The translations under genes and the position numbers were made by a program. A DNA stretch of 45,691 nucleotides. Origin: Acidimicrobiia bacterium. GTDB taxonomy: Bacteria > Actinomycetota > Acidimicrobiia > IMCC26256 > PALSA-555. The stretch covers positions 1-45,691 of the forward strand of contig JANOHN010000320.1 of NCBI GenBank assembly GCA_031406505.1, read 5' to 3'. The stretch's first letter is position 1, and every line of letters starts with the position of its first letter. Under the pieces are notes generated by a model. It had not been told where the DNA came from. It made no database searches and saw only the letters and a program-made list of their open reading frames with translations. Below are positions 43,579-45,691 of this stretch, piece after piece.

Positions 43579-44688
43579 GTGACGCGTTCGGTGCCGCTGG
43601 CGCGTCGCAACCTGTTCCAGGATCCCCGGCGCGCGGCACTCGCGGTTGCCGGTGTTGCGGTGTCACTCGTGCTCGTGCTGGTGCTGGATGGCGTGTTCGC
43701 CGGCGCGGTGCGTCAGGTGACCGCGTATCTGCGCAACGTCCCAGCCGATCTCATTGTCTCGCAGCAAGGCGTGCGCACGATGCACATGTCGGCCTCCGCG
43801 CTGCCCGACGGCTCGATCGAACGAGTCCGTGGGATATCGGGGGTCGCGTGGGTCGAAGGGATCCGTTTCACGACGGCGACGGTGCGCGCCGGCGCCGGCC
43901 GCCAACTCAGCTACGTGATCGGCTACGACACCGACACAGGGCGAGGTGGGCCCTCGTCCGTGGCTAACGGAGCGTCGCCCGGACCGGGTCAAGCAGTCAT
44001 CGACGAGGTCGCAGCCGATGAGCTCGGCATCGGCGTCGGCGACAAGATCAGAGTGCTCGGTAGACCCTTCACGGTGAGCGGGCTGTCGGAGGGCGGCACG
44101 AGCATCACCAACACGACGACCTTCATCCGCAACGCGGACTTTGCCGAGGTTCGAGGTCCGTCGTTGAGCTATCTGCTTCTTGGTACCGAACCGGGCGTAA
44201 AGGTGACCGGCGTCGCTCGCCGGCTGGAGCGGGAGATCTCGGATGTCACGGTGCAATCCAAGGAGGAGTTCGTGGAGCAAGAGGGCCTCATCATGAAGGA
44301 CATGAGCGCGGACATCATGCAGATCATGTCGATCATCGCCTTCGCGATCGCGCTCGCCGTCGTCGCGCTCACGCTGTTCACCGCGACGCTCTCCAAGCTG
44401 CGGGAGTACGCAGTGGTCAAGGCACTCGGTGCACCGTCATCGCGACTCGCCCGGACCCTGCTCGTGCAAGCGACATGGTCGGTGATGCTCGCGCTGATCT
44501 TGGCTGTCGCGCTGAGCTTCGCTGCCGCGGCGCTCGTCGCCGCGATCACTCCAAACGTGCTGCTGCGCATCGAGACCGTGGCCATAGCGCGCGTCGCGGT
44601 CGCGGCACTCGTGGTCGGTACGCTCGGGGCACTCGTTCCTTTGCGGCGCATCGTTCGCCTCGATCCGGCGTCTGCGTTCCAAACATGA
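43579..44688 (+). CDS. FtsX/MacB-type ABC transporter permease 2 (paralog of permease 1)
   Basis: The track ORF 43486..44688 was trimmed to the GTG at 43579, 1 nt after the permease-1 stop. It has the same architecture (PLARRNLFQDPRR ... REYAVVKALGAPSSRL). Confidence 0.88.
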   Translation: MTRSVPLARRNLFQDPRRAALAVAGVAVSLVLVLVLDGVFAGAVRQVTAYLRNVPADLIVSQQGVRTMHMSASALPDGSIERVRGISGVAWVEGIRFTTATVRAGAGRQLSYVIGYDTDTGRGGPSSVANGASPGPGQAVIDEVAADELGIGVGDKIRVLGRPFTVSGLSEGGTSITNTTTFIRNADFAEVRGPSLSYLLLGTEPGVKVTGVARRLEREISDVTVQSKEEFVEQEGLIMKDMSADIMQIMSIIAFAIALAVVALTLFTATLSKLREYAVVKALGAPSSRLARTLLVQATWSVMLALILAVALSFAAAALVAAITPNVLLRIETVAIARVAVAALVVGTLGALVPLRRIVRLDPASAFQT

Positions 44689-45533
44689 CACCCACACCTC
44701 CCGCCCTCATTGCGCGAAATCTGACCAAGATCTACGGCGAAGGCGACCTCCTCGTGACCGCGGTGCACGACGTCGATCTCGAAGTCGCCCGCGGCGAGGT
44801 CGTGCTGATCATGGGGCCGTCCGGGAGCGGCAAGACGACTCTGCTGTCGATGCTTGGTGGCATGTTGCGCCCGACCAGCGGCACCGTCGTCGTCGACGAC
44901 GTCGACCTGACAACCACCCGCGAACGCGACCTCCCTCGACTGCGCGTTCACAAGCTCGGATTCGTGTTCCAGGACTTCAACCTTCTCTCCGCACTCTCCG
45001 CGCTCGAGAACGTCGAGCTCGCCCTCAATCTCGCCAACGTCACCGGTGCAGACGCGACACGACGGGCCCGAGATCTCCTGGAGCGTTTCGGCCTCGGCGA
45101 ACGCCTCGACTTCGTGCCCGGCAATCTCTCAGGGGGCGAGAAGCAACGCGTCGCGATCGCCCGCTCCCTCGCCAACGACCCCGCGGTGGTACTCGCTGAC
45201 GAGCCAACCGCCAACCTCGACTCGAAGATCGGCCACGAGATCGCGCAGCTCCTTCGTCAGCTCGCGATCGAAGAGCAGCGCAGCATCGTGCTCGTCAGTC
45301 ACGACCCGCGCCTCAAGGAGGTGGCGGACCGCGTCCTGTGGCTCGAAGACGGCACCTTCAAAGACCTTGCGCGTATGACTACCGACCCGGTGTGCGGCAT
45401 GGCCGTTGCCCAACAGGACGGCCCACATTTCCAGTTCGACGGAACAACCTGGTGGTTCTGTGCGTCGTCGTGTCGTGACGAGTTCGCCGATGATGCCCAG
45501 CGGTTCGCCGAACGAGCTCGAGCCACTGCCTGA
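44685..45533 (+). CDS. ABC transporter ATP-binding protein (MacB/LolD-like) fused to a C-terminal YHS domain
   Basis: The track ORF 44475..45533 was trimmed to the ATG at 44685, which overlaps the permease-2 stop (ATGA). Motifs are Walker A GPSGSGKTT, Q-loop FVFQDFNLL, signature LSGGEKQRVAIAR, Walker B VVLADEPT and H-loop VSHD. The YHS sequence then continues in the same frame. Confidence 0.9.
   Translation: MTPTPPALIARNLTKIYGEGDLLVTAVHDVDLEVARGEVVLIMGPSGSGKTTLLSMLGGMLRPTSGTVVVDDVDLTTTRERDLPRLRVHKLGFVFQDFNLLSALSALENVELALNLANVTGADATRRARDLLERFGLGERLDFVPGNLSGGEKQRVAIARSLANDPAVVLADEPTANLDSKIGHEIAQLLRQLAIEEQRSIVLVSHDPRLKEVADRVLWLEDGTFKDLARMTTDPVCGMAVAQQDGPHFQFDGTTWWFCASSCRDEFADDAQRFAERARATA
45375..45530 (+). 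other. YHS/TRASH-type metal-binding domain (in frame with the ABC ATPase; begins at an internal ATG)
   Basis: MTTDPVCGMAVAQQDGPHFQFDGTTWWFCASSCRDEFADDAQRFAERARATA matches the DPVCGM...(Y/W)(Y/F)FCSxxCxxxF pattern of YHS domains. Confidence 0.8.
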
Positions 45534-45691
45534 TGCGAGCCAGCCACTCCGCGACCGCGGTGCTCGAGGTGAAGGGCCTGCACTGGGCATCTGAGAAGGC
45601 GGTTGTCGAGAGCACCCTCGGACGCCTCGTCGGCGTCAGGAGCGTCGAGGCGAACCCCGTAGCGCAGACGGCCACGGTCTCATACGACCCG
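45533..45691 (+). CDS. N-terminus of a heavy-metal P-type (P1B) ATPase: HMA-like domain lacking CxxC; runs off the window
   Basis: The ATG overlaps the ATPase TGA (TGATG). The sequence is MRASHSATAVLEVKGLHWASEKAVVESTLGRLVGVRSVEANPVAQTATVSYDP. It follows the ferredoxin-like HMA pattern (V.GM.C..C...VE..L....GV..V.VN......V.YD), but GLHWAS replaces GMxCxxC. Confidence 0.7.
   Translation, partial: MRASHSATAVLEVKGLHWASEKAVVESTLGRLVGVRSVEANPVAQTATVSYDP

Noticed and set aside
42210-43610. 466-aa minus-strand ORF across the small Met-cluster gene and permease 1
   Set aside because: It is antisense to genes with a recognisable FtsX architecture and proper SD or coupling signals. It is Arg/Asp/His-rich and low in complexity, so it is shadow.

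Overview
This is a 45.7-kb, high-GC, gene-dense chromosomal segment that looks actinobacterial. The evidence is a two-GNAT mycothiol synthase (MshD), an F420-type luciferase-like oxidoreductase, many GTG starts, 4-nt start/stop overlaps, and TANNNT boxes immediately upstream of start codons. I saw no rRNA, tRNA, CRISPR array, transposase or integrase. Positions 1-22,960 are mostly housekeeping: hisI-trpE-ygfZ-like, a hisD-hisC-hisB-hisA block, nth, mshD, rlmN, peptidases, an acyl-CoA ligase and a DUF255 thioredoxin-domain protein. Positions 22,960-36,150 are an accessory and oxidative mix: EEP-PPK2-unknown, P450-SDR, TMEM175-DinB-flavin amine oxidase, cspA, an adenosine/adenine deaminase and a copper amine oxidase. 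Positions 36,470-45,691 form the most unusual part, a bidirectional metal-handling island. The minus arm carries YibE/F, an EamA transporter with a 23-His tail, a secreted protein and a CDF exporter. The plus arm is a tightly coupled operon: SHOCT, a monothiol DsbA-like protein, two Met-cluster proteins, two FtsX-type permeases, an ABC ATPase fused in frame to a YHS metal-binding domain, and the start of a P-type ATPase whose HMA-like domain lacks CxxC. I could not find a regulator gene in the island. All product calls rest on motif recognition by eye, because no database search was possible. Many long ORFs in the track are antisense shadows or 5' over-extensions and were rejected.
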